64,000 nt of DNA from Paragordius varius (taxonomy: Eukaryota > Animalia > Nematomorpha), in contig OZ176055.1 of NCBI GenBank assembly GCA_964247055.1, positions 558,001-622,000 of the forward strand. Reading direction: 5' to 3'. A model generated the notes under the pieces. It saw only the letters and a list, made by a program, of their open reading frames with translations. It had not been told where the DNA came from and ran no database searches. How positions within the stretch are numbered: the stretch's first letter is position 1; each line of letters starts with the position of its first letter. This document shows positions 25,239 through 38,929 of the stretch, one piece after another. A program made the translations under genes and the position numbers.

Positions 25239-26339
25239 TTAACACTTCTTTATCTCTAATTCGATTCCGATTAAAATGAGGCTACTATGACCTTACAATT
25301 TTATAAATATTTTAATACGGAATACATTAAAACCATTGCAATGGTTTGCACTTGTATAAACGAATACCGGCGGAATAAAAAACCTGATGAAATATATATT
25401 ATTTGATTAAAAAATGTATCAGGATTATGTGCTTTTAGTTTTGTCCCTTTTAAGTGGTATCATAAAGTTTGTAAAATAAATGCCTTATATCAGAAAATGG
25501 AAAAATTTGCGCACAGTTTTTTATAATTTTTATTGGTGAAAACTGAATATTTTTTAAAGGTTTTAAATATTATTGGGCTTCAAAAGTTCTTTTTCTTACA
25601 AAGGCGCTAGTCCTCCTGTAATAAAGGAAAAAATTCCGGGATTACACAAATTAAATATATTCTATTTATCAACTAAAAGGATTTTAATAAAATAAATAGC
25701 ATCCTGCTCTGTTGTAAGAGGATATAAGCTTTTGCAGGGATACCTGGATAAAAAGACAAATATATTGTATATCATAATGAGATTTATATAGCAAAGATCC
25801 AACGAATCAGCTTGAGTGACCCAAAGTACATTTTCTTGCAATAGATACGCATTATAATTTAATTATAACAGTGTGCAACAAAATTTGGGGTCAATTTTCT
25901 GTCAAATTTTTTTAATATTTTCTGATTCCTTATGGTATTGTGATCAGATATGTGAAAAAAAATTTACTTACCCAGGGTCGTTTTCGAGATATGAGACCAA
26001 TTCCATATTTGGCCATATCCAAAATTTTCTCGTTTGTAAATATTTTTCGCTAAATAAACAAATAATATGTGGCTTAAAAATTTTATTATAGACCACCAAT
26101 TTCTCTTTAACACTTGGATACCACACATTTATTTTAGTCCTTCGATTCTAATTGGGGTTGAATATTCCAGGTCTGTTTATTTTTTCACTTATATAACATT
26201 GATACACCGAAATATATAAAAAATTTATTTCAAAAATATTTGATATTATTTATTTTAAGGTAAAACAAGGTAAAAATTGGTCAAAAAATAAATGGTCACT
26301 GACCCGGTCATGACTTGGTCAGCAGAACCCTACTTGTGA

Positions 26340-26910
26340 TATTATTTCACCATTAGAAAAACGCTCATTGTAAGTGTGTGCTAATGGCGTTTACTTCCCT
26401 GTTTTTTTTGTTGGAGGCATTTTTTCAAATCATAAGGTCTGGTTGGATCTAATGAATAGCAGTTTGGAGTACCTGTTATAATTAGATCCATTTTGAGGCG
26501 ATATGCATTAACTAGTTGATTTTTAGAAAATATTTTATATTTTGCCCACATATCAAATTGATTTTGCGACTAAAAATATTTGGGTGTCAGCAGCCGCATC
26601 CTTTAAAGGCGATATTGCAACAGAGTCCGTTTCATTTCATGCAATGTCAACAGTTTTAGCATGGCTCTGTAGTTAGTCTAGTGCTGTGAAGATATTAATC
26701 ACGATATCTTAGATTTCGCTCGTTTAAAAATTAGTATTGAGGAGATTTATCAAGGGCAACAGATTGTTTTATCTTTTATTTTCTTTTGATGGTGCTTTTA
26801 ACTAACACGAATGTTTTAAATCGGCATTAATAATTTTTTTTGGATGGACGGAAATGGTGAACACTATTTGATCATGCAAATAATTATTGTCTCCATAGGT
26901 GCGGGTTTCA
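26340..26910 (-). mobile_element. Ancient, highly diverged RLE-retrotransposon fossil in the U1a downstream spacer
   Basis: Broken translation SVALDKSPQY.FLNERNLRYRD and MDLIITGTPNCYSLDPTRPYD aligns with the family's CVALDKSSHSFLFSGKNLRFKD and PDLVITDNTNCYIIDPTIPYE. Confidence 0.7.
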
Positions 26911-27188
26911 TAAAAATATTCTTTAAGTAAAAAATTCAATCATTAAAATTTAATAAAACAGTAGGCTTTGGCCTCAGACTAAATATAATAAACTTACAAC
27001 CTAAATTTATATCAGCAGAATACGAAGAATTTCATATTTATAATTTTCAGTTTATTTCTAATTAATTTTTGTTTATCATTCATAACGGTCATTTATACAA
27101 CATTTATTTTATCTATTTTATTTATAAAAAATTTACCCAGTAGACGTATAAATAATATATATATTGTTAAACTAAATTAATTTTGTAT

Positions 27189-27293
27189 ATTATGCGCTCG
27201 GCTTGCCCCAATTTGGGGCAATCATAGCCTTCAACTTGGCCGAGGTGCAATGGCCAAGGCAAACTAAGGGTATCGCCTTCTTGATCGCGATGG
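27189..27293 (-). pseudogene. U1: U1a remnant from nt 22, stem-loop IV lost
   Basis: Reverse complement CCATCGCGATCAAGAAGGCGAT...CCATTGCACCTCGG...GCGCATAAT, then flank sequence. Confidence 0.92.
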
Positions 27294-27425
27294 TTACAAT
27301 TTATTAAATAAGTAATATAAGAATTTAAATACATTCTGTAAAAGAAAAGGCATAAATAGGATTTACTTATGAATAATATAGGATATATAATACGTAGCAA
27401 AGTTAATACTCATTGTGAATTTTAA

Positions 27426-27430
<5 letters not shown>

Positions 27431-27492
<62 letters not shown>
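27431..27492. repeat. (TA)n microsatellite, about 31 units
   Basis: Perfect TA run inside the element 3'UTR; the copy at about 22655 has only a short tatatatgtatata. Confidence 0.95.
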
Positions 27493-27494
<2 letters not shown>

Positions 27495-27603
27495 TTAATA
27501 ATATGGGAATGAAGACAAAGCGTGAATGGGAGATTGCAAAGAAAACAAACCACATATTTTCTTGTAATATAAATGTTGAGTGTTTGATTAAATAAATATG
27601 TAA

Positions 27604-28320
27604 TCTATATATTTATAAAAATGGAAAATGCTAGCTTTGTGATCTGGTACAGGAAAACCGGTAGACCCAATCAAATCCAAATATCGAAAAAATATAATCA
27701 TTAATGAATGTCCCGACAATAGCTTCGCCCTTTTTTTGAAATAGGCCCCCAGTTCGGGCCCACCCCGTATGAAAAACGGTTTTTTTTTAAAACAGAAGTC
27801 CACAAAATCGTGTTTTTGAGACAATTTTCCGGAGAACGTGTTGGACCATTAATTTCAAATATGATTTTTGTTTACTTATTTTCGATTGCGCCGAATATAG
27901 TCGAGTCACTTTTTTGATTTAGGCCCTCTTTTTACCCGCTCCCCCCGTAAAATGCCATTTTTTTTCAAAAAAAAACAAAGTCCACAAAAATATTTTTTTG
28001 ATTGTATTTTTTTGCCCAAGGTATGAGACTGTAAAAATTCGAGAAGATTTTTCGTAATGCCTGTTAAAAGGCAAAAATTTTAGTCAGGCGTTTCTTTGAT
28101 GATAGCTGCTGAGTAAGTATCTATCATATGTATAGCATGTTAAAAGATATATGGATATTAAAACATTATTTATGGTAATCTATTTATTTATAAAAATGGA
28201 AAATGCTGGCTTTGTGATCTACAGGGAAAACGGTAGACCCATTCAAATCCAAACTTCGAACCCCCCCCAGAAGTCCGAAGGACTTCCTCGGGCTGCGTAA
28301 CAGCACGAGATTCACGCTAG
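27604..28320 (+). mobile_element. Non-autonomous Helitron (717 bp) with a duplicated 5' terminus
   Basis: A|TCTATATATTTATAAAAATGG ... hairpin CTCGGGCTGCGTAACAGCACGAG, 6-nt spacer, CTAG|T. Inserted between A and T with no TSD. A second TC-start copy of the first ~80 nt begins at 28179. Confidence 0.85.
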
Positions 28321-29104
28321 TAAAATATAAAGAGTAACACAGGGGGATGAAAAGGGAGATCGCAAAAATTTATTTTGGCTTGAACACGGACACTGGTTGT
28401 CGTGTGAGGCAATTACGGAAGTATCAGGTTTAGGTTGAACGTTTCGTCCACTGATGAACAGATGATAGATGTCGCAGGAAGATTTGAGAACTTCCGCGAT
28501 GAGTTATTGTTTGAATCGGGTGGGATATTTTATTTTAAGTGCGCCAAAAAGCTTGTCGTTTGGTAATACCAATAGCCTAAGGCTCCTATAACTACAGGTA
28601 TTATTTCAACATTCGGGTACGTTTTAGAGAGTGTGCAGATTAAATGATCATATTTAGTAAGCTTATTGTTATATGCGTCGAGGAGATTGAGTTCTCGTAT
28701 GGGATTGTCGGATCGATGATGTAGCAGTTGGTATTGTCGGTTATTATTAGATCAGGTCGTAAATTAGATTCACCAACGTTTTGATTTTCGGTTATAACAG
28801 CGAATTTTTCGGGTAAAATGAATTCGATGTTATCGACTACTTTGTTGTGTCGCTCGGTGATAATACCTGTGTCTATCATACAGTAATTGACCACATGAGA
28901 TCCAGATTCAATCCGGCTCTTGCACCTTCAGCAAGAGGTATCGTCGAATCTTCCCGGTTTGCTGTTAAGAGGGAGAAAGTTGAGTATGGCCCTATGAATA
29001 AATCTCATATACTTAAACCTCAGGTTTTTGCCCGAGAATAATAAGGAATGTGAAGAAAGGCGACACATTCCATTATCCTCCCTTGGTTTGCAAGGTGGTG
29101 AGTA

Positions 29105-30589
29105 ATAAATTAGCAGATAAAATTGCTAAATCAAACCTTGCCCCATGGCAAAAGTTAGACGCAATCAAAAGCTTCTATTACCCAAATTTAACGTATACCT
29201 CCGGTTAAATCAATTTAATTTCGCCACCAGCGACAAACTAGATACACAGATGTTGAGTGTCCTAAAACCAATGCTGGGGCTTCCAAAAGATGCTATAACA
29301 ACCATATCTTTGCATCGGGAACAAGGGAGCCCTAGGCATCCGCAGCTAAAAGGTGATTTCATCATCTTTAGAATAATGCAGCCTTCAAAAAGATTCATCG
29401 AATGACCCAATGGTCAAAAATTATGAATAAGATTAGCTCAATTCAACAGTTAAAAAAGGTATAGACTCACCTCAACCCCATCTCATGATCAAATTATGCA
29501 AATTCCTTTCCGACAGGGAAGATGATGCGAATTACCACATCAATTACGCGCAAATCAATTCACTTGCTGCCACCTGGATCCCCCAAAGCGACTCTTTCGC
29601 CATTCAGTTCCGCCAAAGTCTAATAGCCCTGGATTTGAAAAATTCCTTTCACCTGTCCCGGAATGCAATAAGAGGTGAGAAGGATCTGAATATCCATCAC
29701 CTTGTAAACGAAGGGAGGATAATTCAATGTGTCGCATGGATAAATCCTCCCGTTTTTTCGTATTCTAGGCAAAAACCTGAGGTTTAAGGATTGGAGATTT
29801 ATTTCAAGGGCCGAACTCAACCTGCTCCCACCTAACTAACCGGGAGGGTTCATCGATATCTCTTGCAGAAGGTGCAAGAATCGGATTGAATCAGGATTTT
29901 ATGTAATAAATCACTGCCCCATATGTTATATCTGGAAATCAAAATGTTGATGACTCAAACTTACGACCTGATATACTAATAACTGATAACGCTAACTGCT
30001 ACATAACAGACCCGACGATCCCCTATAAATACATTTTTTCATTAGACGACGCATTTAACACCAAGCTCACTAAATATGATAACCTGATCTGCTCCTTCTC
30101 TGAAAAAAACGCAATGTTGAAATCATACCTGTAGAAAAGCCCTAGGCTCATGGTACCCCCAAATGACAAACTTTTTGACGCACTTGGAATAAAACACCCA
30201 CCCGTTTTAAACAAAAGCTCATCACGTAAGTGCTCAAATCTGCCTGTGACATCTACCGTTTGTTCATCAGTGGTCTGAACGTTCAACCTCTATCTGATGC
30301 TTCCGTAATTGCCTTTCCCGTCAACCAACCTCCTGCCCAAGCCAAAATTAGTTTTATGCAAACTCCCATTCACACCTTTTCTCCATCTTATTTTACATAT
30401 ATTTTTATTCTCACAAAATTAATTCCGTATACCGTTATATCCTTTTTTTACATTATCATACAAATATCATTTGTAGTAAAGCAATAGATGTGATTTTTAT
30501 TTCCATTTATACATATATATTCATTCCCCTCTTCTTCTTTTACAGCAATTTTTATTGATATGTTCATATAATATTCTTTAATATTTTAT
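29105..30589 (+). mobile_element. U1b-inserted gamma-type element, 5'-truncated and decayed
   Basis: PWQKL, LGLPKDA and RLE remnants; the 3'UTR is joined to U1b nt 22. Confidence 0.88.
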
Positions 30590-30725
30590 TTTCTCCGATC
30601 AAGAAGAGAGATACCTAGTTAAAAGCTAACTATTGCACTTCGGTTTTGCTGATAGCTATAACTACTCCAAATTTGTTAAACGCATAATTTATGGGTTTTG
30701 GCGGTTTACGTTCGCGCTTACCGCC
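30590..30725 (+). pseudogene. U1: U1b 3' remnant from nt 22
   Basis: TTTCTCCGATCAAGAAG...CTATTGCACTTCGG...GCATAATTTATGG...CGTTCGCGCTTACCGCC. Confidence 0.92.
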
Positions 30726-30764
30726 TTATATCCAATAAGGTAAAATTTACTTTTTTTAAAAAAC

Positions 30765-31395
30765 CAATTTTTTCTTGACGGGTGTTGATTGTTGGGGAGA
30801 GGACTATCGGGGTATTAACCAGTGGTTAGATGTTACGAACACTTATGAACAGGTGGTAGTATCGCAAGATTTGAGCACTTGCGATGAGCTCTTGTTTGAT
30901 ACGCTTAGGGAATTTTATTCCAGGTGCATCGAAAAGTTAGTCATTTCGGGGGTACCATGAGCTAGATATCCCATCACTACAGGGATAATTTAAATGTTTG
31001 AGTGTTTATATTAAGGATAATCAGGTGGTCATGCTTTGTATGTTTAGTAGTGTAGGCATCATGTACGGATGAGATTCTGTTTTCGTAAGGAATTGTAGAA
31101 TCGATGATGTAACAATTGCTATTTTCGGTAATTTCCAAGTCCGGTCTTAAGTTTAAGTCATCAACCTTTTGATTTTGTAATCGTGGACCTTTTTGGCATA
31201 ATGAATTTGATATAATCGACCACCTTGTTGATTCGCTCGGTGACAATACCTGTGTCTATGAGGCATTGGTTATTCCTGATTCAATCCAGTTCTTGCACCT
31301 TCTTCAATTATTATCAAACCTTCCTTGTTTGCTGTTCAGCAGGAGTAGGTTGGTCTCGCCCTTATCTAGTCTTTAACAGAGAATACGAAGGAAAG
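30765..31395 (-). mobile_element. Antisense RLE remnant behind U1b
   Basis: Minus-strand RPDL/IIDSTIPYE (ORF 30977-31246); no 3'UTR; paralogous to 42885-43520. Confidence 0.85.
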
Positions 31396-31508
31396 CGTGC
31401 TTCATACTATTATGAGACATGATAGAAACAATGTAAAAACTCTGTAAGATATTATTCAAAACTATTTATAATATGATGCTGAACATTTGTATTAACTAGA
31501 ATTTAGAT

Positions 31509-33769
31509 CAGTGGTACTCACCAAAAAAATTTAACGGGCCAAATAAAATATATTTTTTCGAGGGCCATGAATCTTATAATGGCAAATATTCCATAGCTCT
31601 TTGACACATATGCACTTTATACTCTAAATCAGCACGAATTTTTTGCGTATCGCATGATCCAACTAAAAATCGTTTTGCACCATTTAGTTTAAAAAATTAA
31701 AATATTTTGATATTAACCAATAACAAGAAAATTTTAATACGTTTGTCCATATGATCATCGGTTAAGCGATTTCTGTATGTATTCTTAACATACTTCATTT
31801 AGTGAGGGAAAAACAGTTAGAATAACTTGAGCACAAATTTTTTATTTTCATATTTATTTGGCACATCTTAACAAAACTCTACATATCTTTCTACTCTACG
31901 ATTTTTCCTTGAATATAGCCTCCAAATTGGAATTTAAAAATCTACGAATTCTTTAATCATATGCGTCTGATCAAAACCAAAATACTTTAATCGCTTCATA
32001 TTGTATCCATATGCCTTGGATTAAAAATGTGTTAGCAATATTTCTTAATTCAAATGTGAATTTCATCTCATTATATAAAAATGTTAAATGATTGTCTATT
32101 ATTAAATTAATCTCCGCGGTATTCCTTCATGAATCGTTTTAAGTGTTGGAAAATATGGGAGTGTTTATTTATAAAATCTGGATTATATTTGATTAGCAAA
32201 TTGGGTTATTATTTTGCTCCCTTGAATACTTGAATTAAAACTAAGATAAATAATGTCGCAAAGTAAGGCTAAAAAAACCCACCATTTGTCTATATTAATT
32301 TCATCGTCAATTTTTCTGTTATCTTTGTGATAATAGAATTTCATAACTTTAAACAAAAAACCACAGCGGTGTACAAAAGAACATCATCAAACTCTCTGTG
32401 GATATCTTTCAGAAGGTTTGTGAATATACGCGGTTTAAATTCTCTGCCACGGATGTGGTTAACCATATCTACAACCGCTTTAATTACTGATTTGTGTGAT
32501 TCATCTTTTACACGCGAAACCAAGTTTTGCTGATGAATAAGGCAGTGAAAGGATAAAATATTTTGCAAATTATATTTGTTTTAAAAATAAATCCTTTGTT
32601 TATTCCAATCATAGAGTGACAGATATCTGTCACCAATTTCATAATCCATTATTATCGAAAAAAGTGCTAATTATTTCGAGAAAACTTCCTTTCGTGGTAT
32701 TATTCATTGGTAAAAATTTTAAATATTCCTCGTTGATCATGTTGTCGTTGCAAAATCTCATGAAGAGCGCACAATGAGGTGTTGTAATATCAGTCCTAAA
32801 ATCAATAGCAATACTAAAATATTTGCAGTTTTTCAAAGCCAATAATGTATTGTTAAAAATATATTTAGACATATCTTGAATGCGCCGAGCACATGTTGAA
32901 TCAGTAAGTTGAAGTTTTTTAAATTTGAATTATGAATTGATCTTTATTATGGAATTTATCAAAAAGTGCAACAATTTATTAGACATTCTTTTATTAGTTG
33001 GGAATCAGTAAACGGTTTCATATTTTTTCCTTAAATATAGCAAATTTCATACGAAGCTAATTGGGAAAAAGCTATGGACATTTTAGATTATTTTTCGTTT
33101 CTTTCCTCATGATTTTCGGGTAATTTATGAAAAGAGATTATAAAATGTGTATCAAATTGTATTTTTATATAATTATGTTATCCTTACATATAAGGCAGTC
33201 AACATTTTTATTTTAAACGACAAAGAATTTTTTTTCCCATTGTTTTTTAAGAAGCGATTTTCATCGGATAATTTATGTTTTTAGCAGTAGTTGTGTCATC
33301 CTTTGAATTTATGTTTAAATATTATGTAGATTTTTTTAAAAAATTAGGATTATAATTTAGATTATTATATAAACAGCTCGAAATATGATGTTATTTTGAA
33401 AAATATTTTATGGGAATGAGTTATAAAAAATGATGCAGGATAGCAATGAAAAGAATATGTGTATGGAAGTTTTAGTGAAATGCTTGCTTAAATACAAAAA
33501 AGGAATTCAATAAAAATGTCAAAATAGAAAAGAAAATAGAATAAAGAAACAGAATCAACGTGTGCCAACATTTTGAAATCATTCTAATGTGAGGAAATTT
33601 TTCTACATTCAAATTGGGTAAAAAATAAAATCTACGAAAATTTGTTTATGTGGATTTTAAAAATTTATCGATAAAAAAAATTAATATAAGTATTAATATG
33701 GTCATAGGGCAATTTTAAAGCACTCTAAGGGTTGCATGCGGCCCGCGGGCCGCGGTTTGAGTATCACTG
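31509..33769 (-). mobile_element. hAT DNA transposon (Charlie/SPIN-like), decayed, 2.26 kb
   Basis: TIRs CAGTGGTACTCA / CAGTGATACTCA; 8-bp TSD ATTTAGAT (31501-31508, 33770-33777); transposase remnants YFSIAID and FHCLIHQQNL. An empty site (single ATTTAGAT) lies at about 43634-43641. Confidence 0.93.
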
Positions 33770-33777
33770 ATTTAGAT

Positions 33778-36512
33778 TAAATGATTCGTTTCTCTTCGAT
33801 ATTATGTTATATATAAATTAAGGTTTTTATAAAAATTTCCTAATTTGGAAGTAAACAAATCTTCATAAAATTTTGAAGTGATACAAACTTTCATCCACGA
33901 ATTATATAAAAAAGTTTATATAAGGTTTTAAAGCCTTTTTATACAGTTTCCATCACTTAAAATAGTATGACCTACGTCTCAACAATGCTAAAAATAAAAT
34001 TTTTGGTTACGCATTTTTTCAAAATCTTTTTAGTTGATAAAGAGCATATATTTAAATCGCTCAATCTCGGCATTTTTGCGTTTATTACAAAGGGACTAGC
34101 CTATTTTTAAGGTAAAAAAAATTGTCACTTGCGAACTAATAATTAAAACTTTTTTAAAATATTGAGCTTTCACCAAAAAAATTATTTAAAAATTTGAGCA
34201 AATTTTTTCATTTTCTGATATAAGGCAGATATACAAATTTACAAATTTCATTATATCACTTGAAAGGAATAATACTAAAAGCACCATGATAATCATGATT
34301 CATTTTAACACTTCGATTCAAATTTGGGTATTTAAATACCGCAGACTAATTTTGAAGGATTTTTGAATAACTACTCAAGGAAACGGTTCCAATTTAAATT
34401 TATGCTTCTATAATAATAAAAATTATATAAATATGCCAAAATGCCTAAATAAAATTTTGTTTAAAAAAAAGTTACATGTCAAACTACTTTGACGCCATTT
34501 TTATTTTACAAAATTTTTGCAAAATATCGTTTTCATTTAACAACTCGATTCAAGACTAAATTTGAGTTAGGATTTTTAAAACACTACTAAAGGAAACGGT
34601 CCCAATTTAAATTTATGCTTCTATCCTAATAAAAATTATATAAATATGCCAAAATATCTAAATAAAATTTTGTTTTGAAAAAAATTCCATCTCAAACTAC
34701 TTCGACGTCATTTTTATTTTACACAATTTTTGCAAAATATCGTCTTCATTTAATTTTAAGGGTAAAACTGAAGCTAATTTTTTATATAAATTACATCTAA
34801 CATTGATAGAAATAGAAAAAGCTGTTAATTTTGTGGCATTTTTTTAATTTACCACTGCACACTTGTCACGTACTAAATTCCTACTTTTCGGTTTTAGCTT
34901 AAAATAACTAATATCAAGTATTTTTGAATAAATATTTTTATAAAATTTCGGTTAATGGATGTTATTAAGTGCAAAATTTTGCCATGGTTTTGATATCTTC
35001 CATATTTTTGAAAGAATTTAATATTAACAGACCTGGGGTATTTAACTACCCCAATTTGAATCGAAGGACTAAAATGAATGTGTTGTATCCAAGTGTTAAA
35101 TCAGATCATATATATTTAATCAGGTATGCCTCCTGATTTTGGTTCTACAAGTACAAACTTTGCAATGGTTTTAATATATTCCATAATTTTAGAAATATTA
35201 TAATAATGGCCTTGTGTCTTAGTTACCTCATTTGAATCGGATGAATCAATTGAATTAGATGTAAGAGCGATTAATTTATCATATGTCTATACTTATTTCC
35301 CTCCAACTCAATTTAAATGTTAGAAATCTTCCTAATGCTATGCGGAAAAGTAAATACCCACATATATTTAAAGATAATATAAGAGGCCTTTTGAAGATAG
35401 AAATTTTTAGGTGATGATGATGTTTGTTTCGACTTGTGTCACCAAGATCTTTATCCACCTGCCATTGGAATATACAGTATTAATTAATATATTTATTTAA
35501 ATATTTATAATCATATTTATTACTTCACCCTATAAAAAACTCGTAATTTTGTTTTATTGTATTTTTAATATAAGTAACATTTTTAAAAAATTTGACGTAT
35601 TTACCATAAGTAATTATTTCCCGAAACTAAATTAATTTTCATTAGTTTAGCGCAGTGTTTTTTACACATATCATTAAGGGGTAAGGCGGTTTGTTTCAAC
35701 GCTTTTTGGATTAACCATTTGTATTTTTATATCAGCTTAAAATTAAGCATATACATCTATCTTTAAACTTCTAAATATTTGTTTACATTTTATCTTTTAA
35801 TTTATTATCTGTCCATACATTTAACAAGTATTTATATAGTATGTTAACATAGTTTACATCTTTTAACTTTTCAAGGAACAAAACTATTTTTAATACTTCA
35901 TTATTATTGCGCTTTTTACTTTATAGACGGATGTATAAAGTGTGTGTGCTATAGATTTAAAATTGTAAAAACTTAAAAATATGGATTTCTTAGCCTTTTG
36001 AGCACATTAATTAAAAAAAAATTTAAATGTGCTGAAAATCCTTAACTTAAACTTTTTAGCCGCTATTTTCGTTTTTAAAATCGCTAATACAATAAAAATA
36101 ATTGTATAATTTTGTTAATAATGTAAATTTTTTATTTAAAAAAGCTTTCAAATGCAGTTGAGAATTATATTGATATTTATTAAATCTAATATTAGCAGTT
36201 TTTCAGTTTTTGAGCTATATGAATTTGGGACTCTAGAAGTCGACTTTAATAATTATACACGAGAAGAGGGGTTTTTTAAATTTTAATCAAAAAATTTATT
36301 AAACAGTAAATCGTATACTACTTTAAGTTTTGGCGTCGAAAACTACCCGAAAATGATAACATGGACAAAATTATCTGAAGAAGTGAAATTATTTTAATTC
36401 ATTGCATATCACATTCTTAAATTATGAATTAAAATCAGAAAATATATATATTATTATCGAATAAGAATATAGGAAAGCGGGGTTATAATCAATAAAATGT
36501 AGTTAGGCAAGT
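33778..36512. repeat. Array spacer, direct paralogue of about 43640-46110 and inverted paralogue of about 23100-25600
   Basis: Colinear similarity over about 2.5 kb (e.g. ttctgatataaggcag at 34212 and 44078). Confidence 0.85.
34309..35095. mobile_element. TTAA-flanked MITE with an internal tandem duplication
   Basis: TTAA|CACTTCGATTC (34305) ... CCAAGTG|TTAA (35096). A degenerate copy lies at the equivalent site, about 44150-44670. Confidence 0.7.
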
Positions 36513-36520
36513 GGTTAGAT

Positions 36521-38860
36521 CAGTGATACTCAAACCGCGGCCCTAAGAGTGCTTCAAAATTGCCCTATGACCATATTGATACTTATATTATTTTTTTAAC
36601 GCATAAACGAATTTCGATTATTTTAATATTTATTTTTTTCTTTAGATTTAAATTTGGTAGTTTTTATTTTTTAACCAATTCGAAATGTAAAAAAATTTCC
36701 CTATATTTTAATTTCAAAAATTTGGCACGCGTTGTTTCTGTATTCTATTTTCTTTTATATTTTATTTTTATTACATTCATTTTTTGTATTTAAGCAAGCC
36801 TTTCATCCAAACTTGCATATACATAATCTTTTCATAGCTATCCTGCCTCATTTTTTATAGCTCATTCCCATAAATTTTTTTTAAATAAACATCATTAAAT
36901 TTCAACTTGTTTTTTATAGCGTAATTCAAAATATATTTCTATTTTTTGAAAAAATTTACATAATATTTAAACATAAATTCAAAGGATGACATCTAATGCT
37001 AAAAAACGTGAATTATCCGATGAAAATCGCCCTTTAAAAAGAAGAAAAAATCTTTGTCGTTTAAAATAAAAATGTTGTGACCTGCCATATATGTAAGGAC
37101 AACATAATTATTATACAATATTGAAAGAATTTTACAATCCATTATTCTTATAAATTACCAGAAAATCATAAGGAAAAACGAAAAATATAAAAAGATTAAG
37201 GAATTATACCAGAAAAATCTATGTCCATAGCTTTCTCCCAGGAAAAAGTTGTATAATTAGCTTCTTATAAAATTTGTTATATTTTAGGAAATATGAAACC
37301 GTTTACTGATTCCGAACTAAAAGAATGTCTAATAAATGGTTGAATTTTTTTATTTGATAAATCCATATAAAGATCAAATGATGAGGCAAATTAAAAAACT
37401 TTAATAGTCTAAATATATTATTAACAATACATTATTGGCACTGGAAAACTGCACAAATTTTAGTAATGCTATTAATTCTAGCACTGATATTAGTACGACA
37501 CCTCAATGAGCGCTCTTCGTAAGATTTTGCAACGACAACATTATCAACGAATATAAAATTTTTACCAATGAATAATACCACGAAAGGAAGTGATTTTCTT
37601 GAAATAATTAACACTTTTTTCGATAATAATGGTATATCTGTGAAAAATTGGTTTCGATAAGCACACATGGCTGTCCCTCTATAATTAGAAAAACCAAAGG
37701 ATATATTCCTCTTTTGAAAAACAAATATTTACAAAATATTTTATCATTTCATTGATTTAGTCATCAAACTTGATTTCGCGTATAAAAGATGAATCATTGA
37801 ATTCAGTAATTAAAACGGTGTGGATATAGTTAACCAGGTCCGTGGCAGAGAACTCAGCCGCCGTAAATTCAAAAACCTTCCAAAAGATATCCACAGTGAG
37901 TTTGATCATCGTTGTGAGATAGTAAAGTATAAAATAGATTTTTCGTTTTAAGACATGAAATATTATTATATATAAAAGATAAAGTTTGACGAGGAAATTA
38001 ATAGTCACATATGGTGGGTTTTATTAGCCTACCCTTGCGATTATTTATAAACTTTTTAATGCGTCGTCAGCAAAGTAATATAATAACCCAATTTGCTAAT
38101 GAAATATCTTTTAAAAATTAATAATAACTAGATTTTATAAATTAAACACTCCTATATTTTCCAACAAAAGATTCATGAAGAAAATATGGAGTTTACCGCG
38201 GAGATTAATTTAATTATAGATTATCTAACATTTTTATCTAATATAATTCAGATTTCAAAAATTAAGATATATTAAGAATTGCTTAAAACTTGTTGAAAAT
38301 CATTGGCATATGGATATATTCAGTATTAAACAACTTGAGCATTTGGGTTTTGATCAGGCGCATATCATTTCAGCCTTCGTAGGTTTTAAAAATTCTAATT
38401 TGGATATTCAAAGAGAATCGTAGAGGTGCCAAATAAATATGAAAATATAAAAAATGTGCTCAAGTTATCCTAACTCTTTTCCCCTCAACTTATACAAGCG
38501 AGAAGTCTTAATCAAAAATAAAATATGCCAAGAATACATACAGAAACTGCTTAACCGATGATCATTGGGACGACGTATTAGGATTGGCCTGCAATGAGGT
38601 TAAACCAAATTTGTCAAAAAATATTGGTTAATATCGAAATAAAAATTGTTATCAAAGTATTTTATTTTTTTAAACTAAATGGTAAAACCAGTTTTTAGCT
38701 GAATCATGCGATCCGCAAAAAATTCATTGTGCTGATTTAGAGTATAAATATGTGCATATGTGTTGAATAGCTATGGAATATTTACCATTATAAGGTTTAT
38801 GGCCCTCGAAAAAAAAAATATTTTATTTGGCCCGTCAAATTTTTTTGGTGAGTACCACTG
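36521..38860 (+). mobile_element. hAT DNA transposon, second copy of the same family, 2.34 kb, decayed
   Basis: CAGTGATACTCAAACCGCGG ... TGAGTACCACTG; 8-bp TSD GGTTAGAT (36513-36520, 38861-38868). The equivalent site near 46103 lacks it. Confidence 0.93.
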
Positions 38861-38929
38861 GGTTAGATAATGTCGTCATCATTTGTAAGATTTTAACTAT
38901 TGATGATTAAATAGTAGATATTAAAACTG

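Larger units (their letters stand above)
27294..29101 (-). mobile_element. U1a-inserted alpha-type element, strongly 5'-truncated, 3'UTR interrupted by a Helitron and a (TA)n run
   Basis: 3' end TAATAAATTGTAA at the U1 junction. The 3'UTR halves at 27294-27603 and 28321-28370 rejoin when the insertion is removed. RLE fragment at 28640-28894. Confidence 0.88.

Noticed and set aside
28265-28312. Paired hairpins suggesting a hammerhead or HDV ribozyme
   Set aside because: There is no CTGATGA/GAAA core, and the distal hairpin is the Helitron 3' terminator.
22921-35098. Recurrent ~80-nt motif with a hairpin, suggesting a CRISPR-like or regular array
   Set aside because: The spacing is irregular, the context is eukaryotic, and it is explained as the terminus of the TTAA MITE.
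35100-35490. Exon-like islands with AG/GT signals in the array spacer
   Set aside because: The reading frames are not conserved among the three paralogous copies, so no coherent protein can be supported.
31509-38860. Composite macro-transposon formed by the two inverted hAT copies
   Set aside because: Each copy has its own different TSD and the outer flanks do not match, so the block has not moved as a unit.
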